A DNA stretch of 56,560 bases, the filler included, from Sphacelaria rigidula (lineage: Eukaryota), in the NCBI GenBank assembly GCA_964200075.2. It is 7 parts of 7 records of this genome, joined end to end, with 100 filler letters (N's around TTAATTAATTAA, not from the genome) between each part and the next. Parts side by side here need not be neighbours in the genome. Positions count along the whole stretch, not along the records: positions 8,096 to 16,090 come from CAXNAA020012710.1; positions 16,191 to 24,185 come from CAXNAA020012711.1; 5 more parts are not named here. One strand, given 5' to 3'. Positions 10,320 to 21,755 of the stretch are shown in pieces. The notes below the pieces were generated by a model, which was not told where the DNA came from, ran no database searches, and worked only from the letters and a program-made list of their open reading frames with translations. Each line of letters opens with the position of its first letter. The first letter of the stretch is position 1. The translations under genes were made by a program, and so were the position numbers.

Positions 10320-12150
10320 CTTGATGTAGAAAAAATCCAAGTCTACTCCCTTACTATCCAGCAACCGCAAGACATCTCTTTCCATCATGTGGGTCAAATG
10401 TCACGCGCGGTCTGCCATCCTGAACACCACCTGCTGTAAACACTGCCATGTCTCTGCCCACCGCCATTCGTTCCCTCGGGTTCTCGCCTGACGTAATCTG
10501 CACTCTAGTCTTTCGCACTATTGCTGCTAAATCGGGACGCAACAGGCGCACAGCCTGCGTAGGAATAACCCTCCGCTGCAACGCAGCTGCTCCACGGTGG
10601 TGAACGCTTAATATCCTTCCATCTGCACACTCTTTGCCGGGGTACCTCTGTAATGCGTCTTAGGACCGCGTGCTTTTTTTAACTTCATCGGCATTCGATC
10701 ACGCCCATGACTGACGCGTCAGGAGGACCACAAAGACGTCATGAATAAAAGTACCGCGTCCCGAGCAAGCCTAGGTCGCGCATTTACCGAGCCAGGGGTA
10801 GCGAAGCCAGGCCAGGTGACTGGTGCAACACGACGACGGCGCCGTGTGCCTCGAAATGAAGAAAAACGAACATTTCAAAGCTGTTAAATTCAGGCGACCG
10901 TAACTTACGTGGGAGTCAATCTCGCGTGTGCATTGTGGTGGAAACAAAATGGCACCAGTGAATTTTAGGAAGGTATCGGCGCCTACCACGTACTCATGGT
11001 GGCGTCGACCAACTGACTAATGCTCGGCCCTTGAAGGTACCAGGTGCCGAGAGGACCCATCTGCTCCGTTCTAACATGTACCAGATGCCGAAATGACCGT
11101 TTCACTCCGTACTTACAGGTACCAGATATCGAGATGATCCACCTGCTCGGTAGTTGAAGGTACTGAAATATGGTTCGCACGCGGTCCACACTGTCGTTCA
11201 AGGCAACTTGAAGTTCAACACACAGTGAAACCGAAGTCACCATGATGGCATCTCCGCGGAGGAGAAAAGCAAGGTTCATGGTCTTGACTTGTGTGTCACC
11301 TTAGATCTGCACTGAACGACGAAGTAGACCGCATGCAAACCACGTTTGAGTACCTGGAAGTCACGAGCGGATGAGTCGTCTCGTTATCCGGTACCTGTAC
11401 GTACGAGTGGAAGGGTCGTTTCTGCATCTCGTACCTGTAGGTACCGCCGAGCAGGTGGGTCGTCTCGGCATCTGGTACCCTCAAGCACCGAGCATCAGTT
11501 CGTCGATACGATCATGACGTGGTAGGCGTTCGACACCTCCCTGAAATACACTGGTGTCAACTCTTTCCCACCACAATCCATATGCGGCAGTGATTGCCAC
11601 CACCGAGTTTCGCATGCCTAACTTTCATAGTTTTGAAGTTCTCGCCCTCCTCCCTTTCGATGTACACTGCGTCGTCATCGTATCGCTCCAGTCACTTCGC
11701 CTGGCTTCGTTACCTCTGGCTCGATAAATGCGCGGCAAAGGTTTACTCGGGGCGCGGTCCCTGCATTCATGAGGTCCGCGCGATCCTCCCGACACATTGG
11801 TCATGGAGTGTTCAAGTTTGGATGCGGCTCGAAACGCAGTCGGTCCTAACACACATTACATTTCTTCGTTATGTCGCTGACCACTCGTCGCTGTTAGCGA
11901 GACTTTCCGCGAACACGCAGCGCAATTTGGATACATAGCATCAACGAAGTGTACCCGTAGCGCTTCGCACAACGCAAGTCTGATCTTTTGTCCTCCCTAG
12001 CTGGAGTTCCTGCCCCGGGCACAGCGTGTCGTGATTCACCTGAGGGCCACTGCCCCCACTACCCTGCGAATCTCGGTGTGCTAAAAAGTCCATCATCCTC
12101 GTTAGGGTGGCGCTTTCCTATCCTATGTGGCTCTCGAGGAAGCGAAAGGC
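10320..12150 (-). pseudogene. Decayed ALOG domain + tyrosine recombinase ORF of a DIRS1-like retroelement, interrupted at 10649-11860
   Basis: Minus-strand reading with stops and frameshifts: FRFLESH..ATLTRMMDFLAHRDSQGSGG..VNHDTLCPG...CAKRYGYTSL..YVSKLRCVFAESL..EW...RR|GTPAKSVQMEGY*AFTTVEQLR..VIPTQAVRLLRPDLAAIVR..ERMAVGRDMAVFT..VFRMADRA*HLTHMMERDVLRLLDSKG. This follows the ALOG pattern (DFL..D..G..VH...C..CxC..R...SL...+LR..F.E...NP..S..V..YL....EQ) and runs into a YR-like RD.A+F....R..L segment. Confidence 0.65.
10649..11860. mobile_element. 1.2-kb foldback DNA element with TGT..ACA ends (Ginger-like termini)
   Basis: Diverged inverted arms of ~560 bp (TGTAATGCGTCTTAGGACCG / CGGTCCTAACACACATTACA) around a ~90-bp spacer, with internal GGTACCAGATGCCGAGA subrepeats. 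Removing it plus 4 bp restores the host reading frame. Confidence 0.8.
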
Positions 12151-12520
12151 TGACCATTGAACCAGTGAGCGCTCACCTGTTCGAGATGGTCAAACGATCG
12201 CCTCTTGAACAAAATATTTGAAGCGTGTTCCTTCCCGCAATGATCACATCAGGGATCTCCGGGGCTGCCCCCCTTTCGCCAGCCTCGCTGGTTCAATAAT
12301 CAAATGTCCTTTTGTCGAACAAGAGGTTGGGGGTTCAAAACCGCCGATACCCGAAAGTCGGTAGAATCTGGACGTGGAACGGTGAGGTGAGCAAGGGGTG
12401 GAGAACTCTGGAGATCCCTGATATGATCGTGCGGGGCAGGACCATACACCATATCTTCTGCTCAGAACGCGAATATTTGACATTCGACCATTGAGCGCCC
12501 ACTGGTTCGATGATCAAATA
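12150..12520. repeat. Inverted-repeat insertion with a tRNA-like spacer
   Basis: 12150-12265 is inverted at 12405-12517 (GAACCAGTGAGCGCTCA..ATCAGGGATCTCC); the spacer has a B-box-like GGTTCAAAACC at about 12332. Confidence 0.6.
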
Positions 12521-12955
12521 AACGCTTATGAGGGGCGGGGGCTCTAAGGGTACCTGGTGCAATCATGCCAGGGATGATCACACACCATATATATCTTCTA
12601 TTCGGTGACACTCGTTCAGTCGTTCACTGCTCCTCGTTTCGTCAGACTTCACATTTTTGGGGGTGACCTTTCCCCTGAAACGAAGCCCCCCTTCCGTACG
12701 GCAGGGCACTTCCTGTACCATTTGTACTCCCCTGCGTGATGTTCAGTAGGGTATGAGTAGAAGAGTGCTGTAGGTGCAGGCGGTGTTCCTGCGGTAGTAA
12801 TGTCTGGAGGCACTATATCGAAAGGTTAGGTATCGCGCTGTGAATTATGCCGAAGGCCTTGTACGGTATATCTCGATCAAGTGACGAACGTCACTTACCG
12901 TGCTGTATTCGTTTTACCCTGTATCTCCAGGAATACAACCCACAACGCAGTCAAG

Positions 12956-13249
12956 ATGGACCCAAGAAGCGAGGTCAACCGAAGAAACCGCCTCGGGCGT
13001 CATGGTGACGAAAAATACCTGAGGCTTCTGTGGCACTTGTTTGCGGCTCTCTATCTATCGGCGACCGTGGTGGGCATTACGCAGACTATTTCGGCACCCG
13101 AGGTTCCAGAGATAGCGGTGTTGGACGGTGACCGAGCTGAGCCGCGAGAGGAGCAACTCCCTCGAATTCTGACAGTGTTGACCACATACAGCGGGCGATC
13201 CGAGTTCGTTCGGGAGTACAGGAATGCTGTCGGTGACCGCAACGAAATG
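12956..13249 (+). CDS. First coding exon of a putative type II membrane protein, glycosyltransferase-like
   Basis: ATG, short basic tail, hydrophobic segment LLWHLFAALYLSATVVGI, acidic/Pro stem, then PRILTVLTTYSGRSEFVREYR, ending at donor GTACGC. The topology and the ILxVLTT strand recall GT31/fringe-like enzymes. Later exons were not found. Confidence 0.45.
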
Positions 13250-14027
13250 GTACGCGAAGCCATGCTCCAGTGAGGTTGTCAGGGGATGCGTTTGGTCTCT
13301 TTTAGGAATATCAGCGGATGGCAGGGGAAATATCACAGCTCACGAGCTGAAGTGAACTTTTAGAACTCCTTACGAAATTAGCAGTTCTCGGATCTCAGAA
13401 CAGGTCGCACTCTGTAATTGAGAGTTCTGAAAAGAACAAGGATACTACCGTCAGCCATGGGTGTTTGATGATTGGTTGGGTTGAGGTGCGTGAGAGCCCG
13501 TCCCAGCGTGGCGATGTGCAAATAAATGGTCATCATAAGTAGAGGTCGGATACTACCCAATGCCAACATATCAATACGAGGTTACACGTGTTTGGAAAAT
13601 GGCATCTCGCGAGAAGTGAAAAGTCGGTCAGTGGCGATGTGTCTGTTTCGTATCCATATCCTTCCTGGCTGGCTCCACAACAACAATCAGTAACAGTGTA
13701 GCACGAGCTTTTGTGGCTTTGCGTCATGTACAGTCGAAGAGAGAAAACAGATGCAGATACAAGGTGCCAGTAACGGATCTTTAGGTTGCAGGCAAATTAT
13801 CGCCTCAGGTTTGTTAGTTGCACTTTAAAAGTTGATGCGAAGAATCGCGGAGGTATACTTGAAACAAGAAAAAAATGGGAAATTGCGATTTAAATTCAGT
13901 TCATGCGTCAAGGACAAAAAGCAAGCTCCAGTTTTCAATAAAAACAAAGTGTTCCAAACGCATCGACAGAAAAAAAAATCAAGATCCCACGACTTCGTGT
14001 TCTAGTATATCCCGGCAATCCTCGGTC

Positions 14028-14470
14028 AACAGCCGATCATCGAAATTGAGGATGGAGCTTTCCATTGAAAATGAAGACCCGGAGAATTCAAATCTTCGTA
14101 TCCACACCAAATTTCCGAAGTATGGTTCCTTCCTTCACCTTCTGGTAGCTATTGACAACTTCTCCACGCCATACAAATTTGGATTTGGATTACTGAAATG
14201 TTGGGGAATTAAGTGAAAAACCGATTTGGGGGAATTAAGGTGATTTGATCAGATCGCCGACACCCCCCGAAATCGATTTTTCACCTAGGACCCCAAAATT
14301 TCGGTTATCGATATTCGAATTTGTACGGCGTGTAGTAGTTGTCAATAGGTACCAGTAGGTCGAGGAATGGGACCACATTTCGAAGATTTGGTGAGGATAT
14401 GAAGATTTGAATTCTCCGGGTTCTCATCCTCAATGAATAGCTCCATCCTCAATTTCGATGATCGGCTGTT
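14028..14470. mobile_element. Foldback MITE with ~160-bp arms
   Basis: AACAGCCGATCATCGAAATTGAGGATGGAGCT... is inverted at the other end. Related copies lie at 7906-7995 (truncated by the contig end) and 38512-38794. Confidence 0.85.
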
Positions 14471-15059
14471 CATACCCAAGTTCAAAGTGCAACTTTGGGA
14501 ACTAAATTAGAATTCCACATCTACAGGCTGGGCCAGCCTACACACGCACCTGTATGTTCGACGCGTTTATAAGCACTTCGGTTTTGAGATGTGTGCTTTG
14601 AAATTTCAGGAGGAAAATCGCAAGGACATGATGATGATGGTAAAATAAAATCTGCGGGGTACAGGTTCCCCACATATATTGAGCGCGTGTTCTTTTTGAG
14701 TATTGGGGGTCAATTTCTACGAGAGCGCCCTCGACGCACGAAAAGGAAGACTCGAGGGCCCCAACGTTTTTTTTTTATTATGCCCTTAAGATTATCCATA
14801 CAAGCTTTCCAAGCACGACTGCGAAATCTCAGATGAAAAATCTAGATGACCTGTGCTGTGAGTTGAGGACAGGAACAACATCCATTTTTTTACGAAAAGA
14901 TCGCCAACTCATGAATGAATAAAAGCAAATATTTCGAAGCATGAATGGGTCGATGCACTCTAGTTTTGCATTAAGTAACTCTCCTCGTGATAATAGTAAG
15001 TTTAGTGCGGAATATCATGTGTACCATATCTCTAGACAGCTATTGAAGTCGGTGAGATT

Positions 15060-15140
15060 GATTGATTTTCGATTGATTGATTGTCGCACTTTAACTGACC
15101 CCCCCAGGGGTCCAGCCGTGGCCTCATGATGAACGTACAC
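15060..15140 (-). mobile_element. 3' end of a retroposon with (AATC)n tail
   Basis: On the minus strand CACGGCTGGA..CAGTTA..GCGACAATCAATCAATC; the same end occurs at 29214-29290, 37027-37100 and 50170-50227. Confidence 0.65.
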
Positions 15141-16090
15141 AAGAAAAACGAAACCGAAATACGCTCTAAGGAAAAAAAAAAAAAGGAACATAAAAAAACA
15201 GGAACATGAAAAAAAAGAGAGGGGTCGAACAGAACGACACAGCAGACGAAGTCGTGACAAAAAAAAGTAATGGACAGCACAAGCAAAGCACACAAAAAAA
15301 CGGCCGACCTAAAAGAAGAAAAAGGAAAACAAGAGGAAAGTACAAAGCAAATAAAATAAAATACTATGAAACGATGGGGGAAAAAAAAAAGGGAAAGGCC
15401 CAAGGGATTCAGGGCAGCAGAGTAGATACAGACACACACCAGTGGGTGCCGCAGAGCCACCGACTAGGGACATAATCAACACCCGATATGAGAGGACAGG
15501 ATTTCCCGACTGGCCACCCTCGACGCAGCAGCCTCTCGCTTGTGACGGCGGTCTGATTCTCGCTTGTCCGCGCGTTGCCACGTGTCCTCAAACTCTTCCG
15601 CTCCCTTTTCGACTCCAATATGCCATTCGCCCAGGTCCATCGCCGCAGTGACCCAATCGTATGCATCGTCAACCTCTACACCGTAGACGAACCACCTTCG
15701 TCGGGCTCCTTTGTGCGGGACAGCCCCTAGCGCACGAGAGTGATAGCATAAGAACTTCCCTCGTACTCCGAAACCTTATACACCCGCTGCGTAATTCTTA
15801 TGACTGAAGGTCTCTTCGTACGTCACAGATTTAGGCGACATGGCGTTTCATCAACGAGGAAACATAATATGGTCGACCTTTTGAGCTGATGGGCATCTGC
15901 CCCTTCAGGAACGAGCGAAAGCGGTGGATAACACCTCCCGTCGTGTCTGAGAAAGGGCATAGAGCAAGTTCGTTCCTGGTTCGGAAGAAATGGCGCGGGG
16001 GGGGGGGGGGGGGGGCCCCTTTTTTTTCTTGCCTTTTTGTTTTGCCCCTTGCCCCCGCCCCCCTTTTGGGGGGGGGGGGGGGGGGGGGGG

Positions 16091-16190
16091 NNNNNNNNNN
16101 NNNNNNNNNNNNNNNNNNNNNNNNNNNNNNNNNNTTAATTAATTAANNNNNNNNNNNNNNNNNNNNNNNNNNNNNNNNNNNNNNNNNNNN
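16091..16190. other. Artificial contig spacer
   Basis: N44-TTAATTAATTAA-N44. Confidence 0.98.
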
Positions 16191-16360
16191 CAACTCACAT
16201 CACACAAACCCAGTCGACAACTTTGTGTACTCACGTTCTCACGCTTTCAACGGTGGAAATCATACATCACGAAGAAAAAATCCAACGCATCGGGAATCGA
16301 ACCCCCGTTCTCTTCAGCCTAATGGTGACAGTCAGACCATCACACCACCGGGCGGCGGTA
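16191..16360 (-). mobile_element. tRNA-derived SINE, 5' part (cut by the contig end)
   Basis: A box TGGTGTGATGG and B box GGTTCGATTCC on the minus strand; colinear with 52442-52620. Confidence 0.7.
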
Positions 16361-16503
16361 TTGCCTGCTAGGAGGTTGAACTGAGCCACATGAGACGGCG
16401 GACAACGTGACAACAAGTTCTATTTTGCTCTTGTTTAACAGGGCAGGATGCGGTAGGACCGTGTCGCGCTGATTGTCACAAGGTTCCCCTTTGATACGAT
16501 ATA

Positions 16504-17740
16504 CAAGGTTCCCCTTCGGGGGGTTGGTACGGGCCTCCCGAGGATGACGCAAGTCGAAAATATATGGTGAAGAGAGGCTGTTGTATCTCAATGTACAGTA
16601 GTGATCGTGGCTGTACAAAATATCGCATGTGTTATCGGATGGTGGCTCCGGATAAGGTTCACCAGCTTGAGTGACGCGGATGTGAAGATTGTACAATTGT
16701 TGGGTGGCAATATTTTCGACATGTGTGGCATATGCGTATGGATGCGATATGAGCTGAAGGTGATGTCGAACGCTATTGTACGTTTGGTCGGTGTAGGACA
16801 TGTATGGTTTTCCCGAGGTGCCAGAGTGCGAAGTAGCTCTCGTGCCACAAAGATATGACAGCGGGGGGCACTTGCCGAAAAATTGGACTGCGTGTACATT
16901 CTTGGCGTGATCTTGGTTAGTTGGGAAGGTCGCGGGTATGTTCTTTCAGTGCTTCGCTTTTTCGCTGCACATGAAAGTTCACATTTCTCTGGAAAAAAGA
17001 GTGGCTTTGGCTGGCTGTTGGAATGCGTGGAGCATTCCTGGCATGTTTTCTCACTTGGGAAGCTCGCGGATATGTTCTTTCAGTGCTTCGCTTTTTCTCT
17101 GCACATGAGAGTTGAGCTTTTGTTTTTCAAGCCGGGCCGAATTTTTCACCGGGCTTTTTTTCATCGGTCCTTTTTTTTCACCTGGCCATTTGTTTTGACG
17201 GACACATTCTTGCAGTGCGGTCGTTTTTCGCTGCACAGAAAAGTTTGCATTTCTCTGGACATACGAGTGGTGGTTCTTGCCTGAAACGATTGCACCGGGC
17301 TTTTTTTTCAAACAGGGTAATTGGTTTTTGCGGCAAAATATTCCTGTGCTGCTGCGCCTTGTTCAACTCGCCAACGACCCATTGCACAGTCTTGTGTTTG
17401 CTGCTGACCAAGGCCAAGACAATCTTCTACTGTTCTCGACTGCTTTCCTCTCATGTTCTCGTAACATTGGCGGCATAACCGGTGTGTTCGTGCTCCCAAA
17501 TGAACGAGAACGCAACAAAGAGAGACACGGGGGAAAAAATACCCCGCGAAAAGTATTCCTGTTTCACGTTTTCGATGATCTTCAACAGTCTTTTGTGGAT
17601 CGGGTTCCTCTTTCAAGTTTTCGATGATTTTGAAAAAAGCTTTCGTGATTCGGGATCGACACCCCTCAAAAAAGGGCCAGTTTGAGCAATTTTCGGTGGC
17701 CGGAACACGCGCCATAGATGTAAGATGACACCCAAACCTG
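16504..17740 (+). repeat. Dispersed repeat, probable non-autonomous DNA transposon end
   Basis: Starts TA|CAAGGTTCCCCT and is colinear with 54344-55140. This copy has extra internal duplications at about 16930-17260. No partner TIR was seen. Confidence 0.75.
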
Positions 17741-18524
17741 AACGGTAATGTACCGCTGAGCCTTCTTAGTGCGCTGCAAAAGAATGCGCGGGAAAAAATG
17801 CCTTGCCGTCAGAGAAAACTTGGCAAAAGTAGTGAAACTTGTGAAATGATACATGTAAATATGTATATATAAGATGAATATAGGTGACGATAGATCACTG
17901 CCTGTGACATGTGTATGTTAAATTATTGAGTTACCGACGGCGGTTACTAGCTAGGATAGGGTTCGTCCATTGCATTGACCGTAGTTTGGTCCACATCACA
18001 GAAGTGACCCGACACAATACGGCGTAGCACCACCATCAGGGACACGAATGATAGGATATTGATCCGCTACTACGAGATGCGTCGGTAAAAGATTCAAACA
18101 AGACTTTCAGACTACACACGGAAAAGGCCTACGAAATCAGGGGTGACCGACAGAGAATCACATCGCGGAGATTCAAACCGAACAAGAAGGTAACCCTCGC
18201 AGGTTTCAGAATCGGGAAAAGAGGCAGGACTCTCCCTCTTTTCCATTCCTTCCCAGAACATGAACGTTTTAGTTCTATACGCATATTACACCAAAAACGC
18301 CAGCCAGAATGTGAAGGTCGAAGGCCCTAGAAAACACAGCAGTGATGATACACCTAGCTAAAGCGGAATCGCCACGGTACACTTTTTTGAGGACGGAGAG
18401 GTGCCCAGCGAGGTTTTCGGTGATGTAGGGCCGTGGGGGACTGCGACAACAGCTGGCAGAGTTGATTATTGAACGCCAGGAACATTCCGACGCAGCAACG
18501 AGATCTGTAACATTTATTGCGGTA

Positions 18525-19647
18525 CAGTAAGGGTCCCGGTTTAGCGGTCCCTGGTGTCAAAAACCGCTAAACCGGGACCAACCACTAAACCGATTCAGCG
18601 ATTCTTCACCGCTATTCCGGGTCCTGGTTTAGCGGTTGGAACCGCTAAACCGGGGAAAATCCCGTCAACTCCGCATAAGAGCAGCGTTGCGTTTGACAAC
18701 ATGTTATTTGGGTAGCGTCATGTGTGGCTGCTGTATACAGTAGTGCAGTATTATTACAGCAGTAGAACCATTTGTACGACTACAGCTGCGATACGTATTT
18801 CACAAGAGACTGCGAATGTAGACCAAAACGTATACTGTACTTCGTAGTAATACAAAATCATGAAGGGAATTGTAGCCCCCGCCCTGCTCACACCATTTCA
18901 TCATCCTGAGACATGGACACCATGACTGTCGGAGATCCCTTTCTACTGTACGCTACGGCATGTCTTCTTGCCAACACGTGTCTAGTACAGCGTGTGTAGT
19001 GCTGCACACGGGGCACACAAGAGTGCAGCGTGCGACTTGAAGCATGGATTTACACTTGAGCAAAACGAAACAGAACAAAATGTTCAATCAAATCTTTTGT
19101 ATCGAGTGAAGAGAAATATCGAGTACAACTTGGAAAACATGGCCCTGATGTTTGTCTGCCTTGCTGATCCAGAGGCGTACGCTGCGAGAAAGGACATATT
19201 TGCCTTGCGAATATGGAACCCTGGCTCTCCGATACCATACGACTCTGCGTATTGCTCTAGCTGCCCAAAAAGCGGTGAGATATTCGAGTACGGCGGTGGC
19301 GCCATCAACAACTTCTCTCCCGAACTTCCAACGTCCTCGGAGTCTAGCTCGTCGCTGGAAGCGTCGATGTCCTCACCGCGGGTGTCGTTCACCATCTCAA
19401 GAATCGCGTCATTCGTATCTTCGTTTGTCTGCAGCAGCTGTATGTGTCGTGTGTTTACAGCAGCAGGGGCTCCGCAACTGCTGCTGCACTGGCGCTGTAG
19501 TGTGGGGCACACAACCGCTATTCTGGCTGAAATCGCCCTACATAACCGTTAAACAGGCGACTGTCAGTTTTAGCGGCCATACAACCGCTAAACCGGGCTT
19601 AAACGGTGCCAGCCAAACCTTGAACCGCTAAACCGGGACCCCTACTG
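18525..19647 (-). mobile_element. pogo/Tigger-like (Tc1/mariner superfamily) internal-deletion derivative
   Basis: TA|CAGTAAGGGTCCCGGTTTAGCGG...CCGCTAAACCGGGACCCCTACTG|TA with repeated subterminal AACCGCTAAACCG motifs. The internal minus ORF 19084-19512 has an acidic tract and a PIP-box-like RQTNIRAMF, typical of pogo transposase C-termini. Confidence 0.85.
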
Positions 19648-20721
19648 TATATGTATGTGACGCGAAGGTATTTTTTTCGTTGTTAATTGCTTCTCAATGT
19701 TGTTTAGCATCGGTTTATGCACATACCTTACTTGTTGTGGCTTGCAGAAATGATGAATTGCATGGCTACCGACGTGTATAGCGGTAATGTGGTTGGCGCG
19801 TCGTATGTGCGAATCGTTTCTTTCGTTGTGGAGGCACCTTCAACGATAGCCCACCCCCAAAATCATTTCAAGAGTTTAGCGAACAAAATAGTCATACATC
19901 GCCTGATGTCTAGGTTCAGGCTGCATAAAGCGCCTCATGTGGGGGACATGAGTGAAAACAAACCCAAGCATGGGCTCTCCCGGCTGCTCGTTGTGCTCGG
20001 CTTTTTCCATTACAATTTACGTCGAGGTTTTGCCTCTCCGAACCAGGCACTTTTTTGGGGGGGGGGCTATCGTAGAAAGTGTCTGGAATGGGTTGAAGAG
20101 CGTTTTTCTGGGGTACGTTCGTAGACATGTGGACACTGTCAGACGAGTAAAACGTTGCTGTATGGCTTGATTTCGAGCATGCATGTCTTCCATTAAGTGG
20201 GAACAAGAGGTTCGCAGCCAGGATCGACTTCCACCAAAAAGGTAATACATAAGAATGCACCCACCTTTTCGTGTTTTCGTAGAAAGTGAGGATATCTGCG
20301 AACAGTAATTTCAAGTCAATCACCACTACTCTCAAACATGGTTCTGAACCTGCCGACTAACACTGTTGTTCATCAAAACGTGGGGGATTCTGTTAAAAAA
20401 ATCAGCTACCAAATTGTGATGGATTTGGGAAAATACCTAGGAGCTGGCTTGCTATGATACCCGAGCTAGGTGGTAACCTCTAGTGGTGCGCTTCGTATCA
20501 CTTTCGATTAAGCATTTGTGGGTACCTGGTCCCGCGGATTCTTCGACAAGAGACCGGAGCAGATGCTGACGCAGTCCGTATACTGACGTCGACGCATTTT
20601 GCTCATGGCATACCTGCAAATTCGACACAAGTGCGACAAAAACGGTCTATGCTTTCTCTTTTGTGTACCAGTTCACGAGATACTCATGAGTGAAACCGCA
20701 CGATTTCCAGTCCATATAACA

Positions 20722-20904
20722 CCTTAGACCGCTTTATATGGCAACCAATCCGTATTTGTACAAACATGAGGGTTTGAGCAGAAAATCATTGCCCAACGGA
20801 CTGGGGTCCGAAAATCCAATCAACGGGAGAAAATCGGTTGTGGACGGGCTGAAACCCTCATATCTGTACAAACGCGGATTGGTTGCCGTACAAAGCGGTC
20901 TTAG
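20722..20904. mobile_element. Hairpin MITE, terminus related to the piggyBac-like element at 8682
   Basis: CCTTAGACCGCTTTATATGGCAACCAATCCG... is inverted as CGGATTGGTTGCCGTACAAAGCGGTCT. Confidence 0.7.
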
Positions 20905-21755
20905 ACTCCAAGCTGATATGTAAGTCGCCGCGATGCCGTGGAGTGACGATGGTCATTTTCAGAATAGTATTCCGAACAAACTTTTCGTAAGATACAGCAT
21001 AGTCCCCTGCGTCGCGACCAGAGAGTATGTGTCTAGAGGTAATGTCATTACTTATATCTATGGGGCACAGTGAACTTTAGTAGGCTACTGCCGTGGATCT
21101 ATGTCCTTATTTAGACAGGAGAAGAGTACCAGGTGCACCGGCAACAAGATAGAGATCGGGTGTCTGAACGAAACAGAAGACCAGAGACGGCAGATTACGT
21201 GTGTTCGACTCATAGCCTTTGGAAACCGCCCATCGGTCGTATCCATACGAACACCGGAGAGGGAGTTGGCCCTATGATCTCTATTTTTTCCTTGGCCAAA
21301 CAACTTGGCGGAAGTCAGCGATCTTCGCCCCTAGATAAGTCGGTCAGTATCATCAGCGATCTTTCCCCTTCTCATCCATAGCCTTGACAGTATACATGCT
21401 AAAAAATGAAGATGTGGGCAACCCACGGTACTCACCACAACGGGTCGATTCCAGGTGGAACATCGACGCCTTCAAAGTTCTGCTCATGAGGAGGCATGCT
21501 CGGTGCTCATGTGTCACGACACGTACTACAGTATAGCGATGCTGTACATACGCTGGCTGCACTACGTAGTACCACAACAACTGAACAGGAAAGTGCAGTA
21601 GAGAGTATGCTGTAGTCAGGAGACTATGATATATTTCCACCGCATCCACCGTGAACCGGAACAAACACATACATCTGTGCGGACAGTTTATCCATCACCC
21701 CCAGCAGCCAATTTCCCCGCGCATGGCATGATATATTATGGTTGTACTGTTGTAG

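Noticed and set aside
16280-16360. Possible tRNA genes here and at 52450-52525, 30110-30180 and 51000-51090
   Set aside because: A and B boxes are present but no convincing cloverleaf, and most continue into a shared SINE body.
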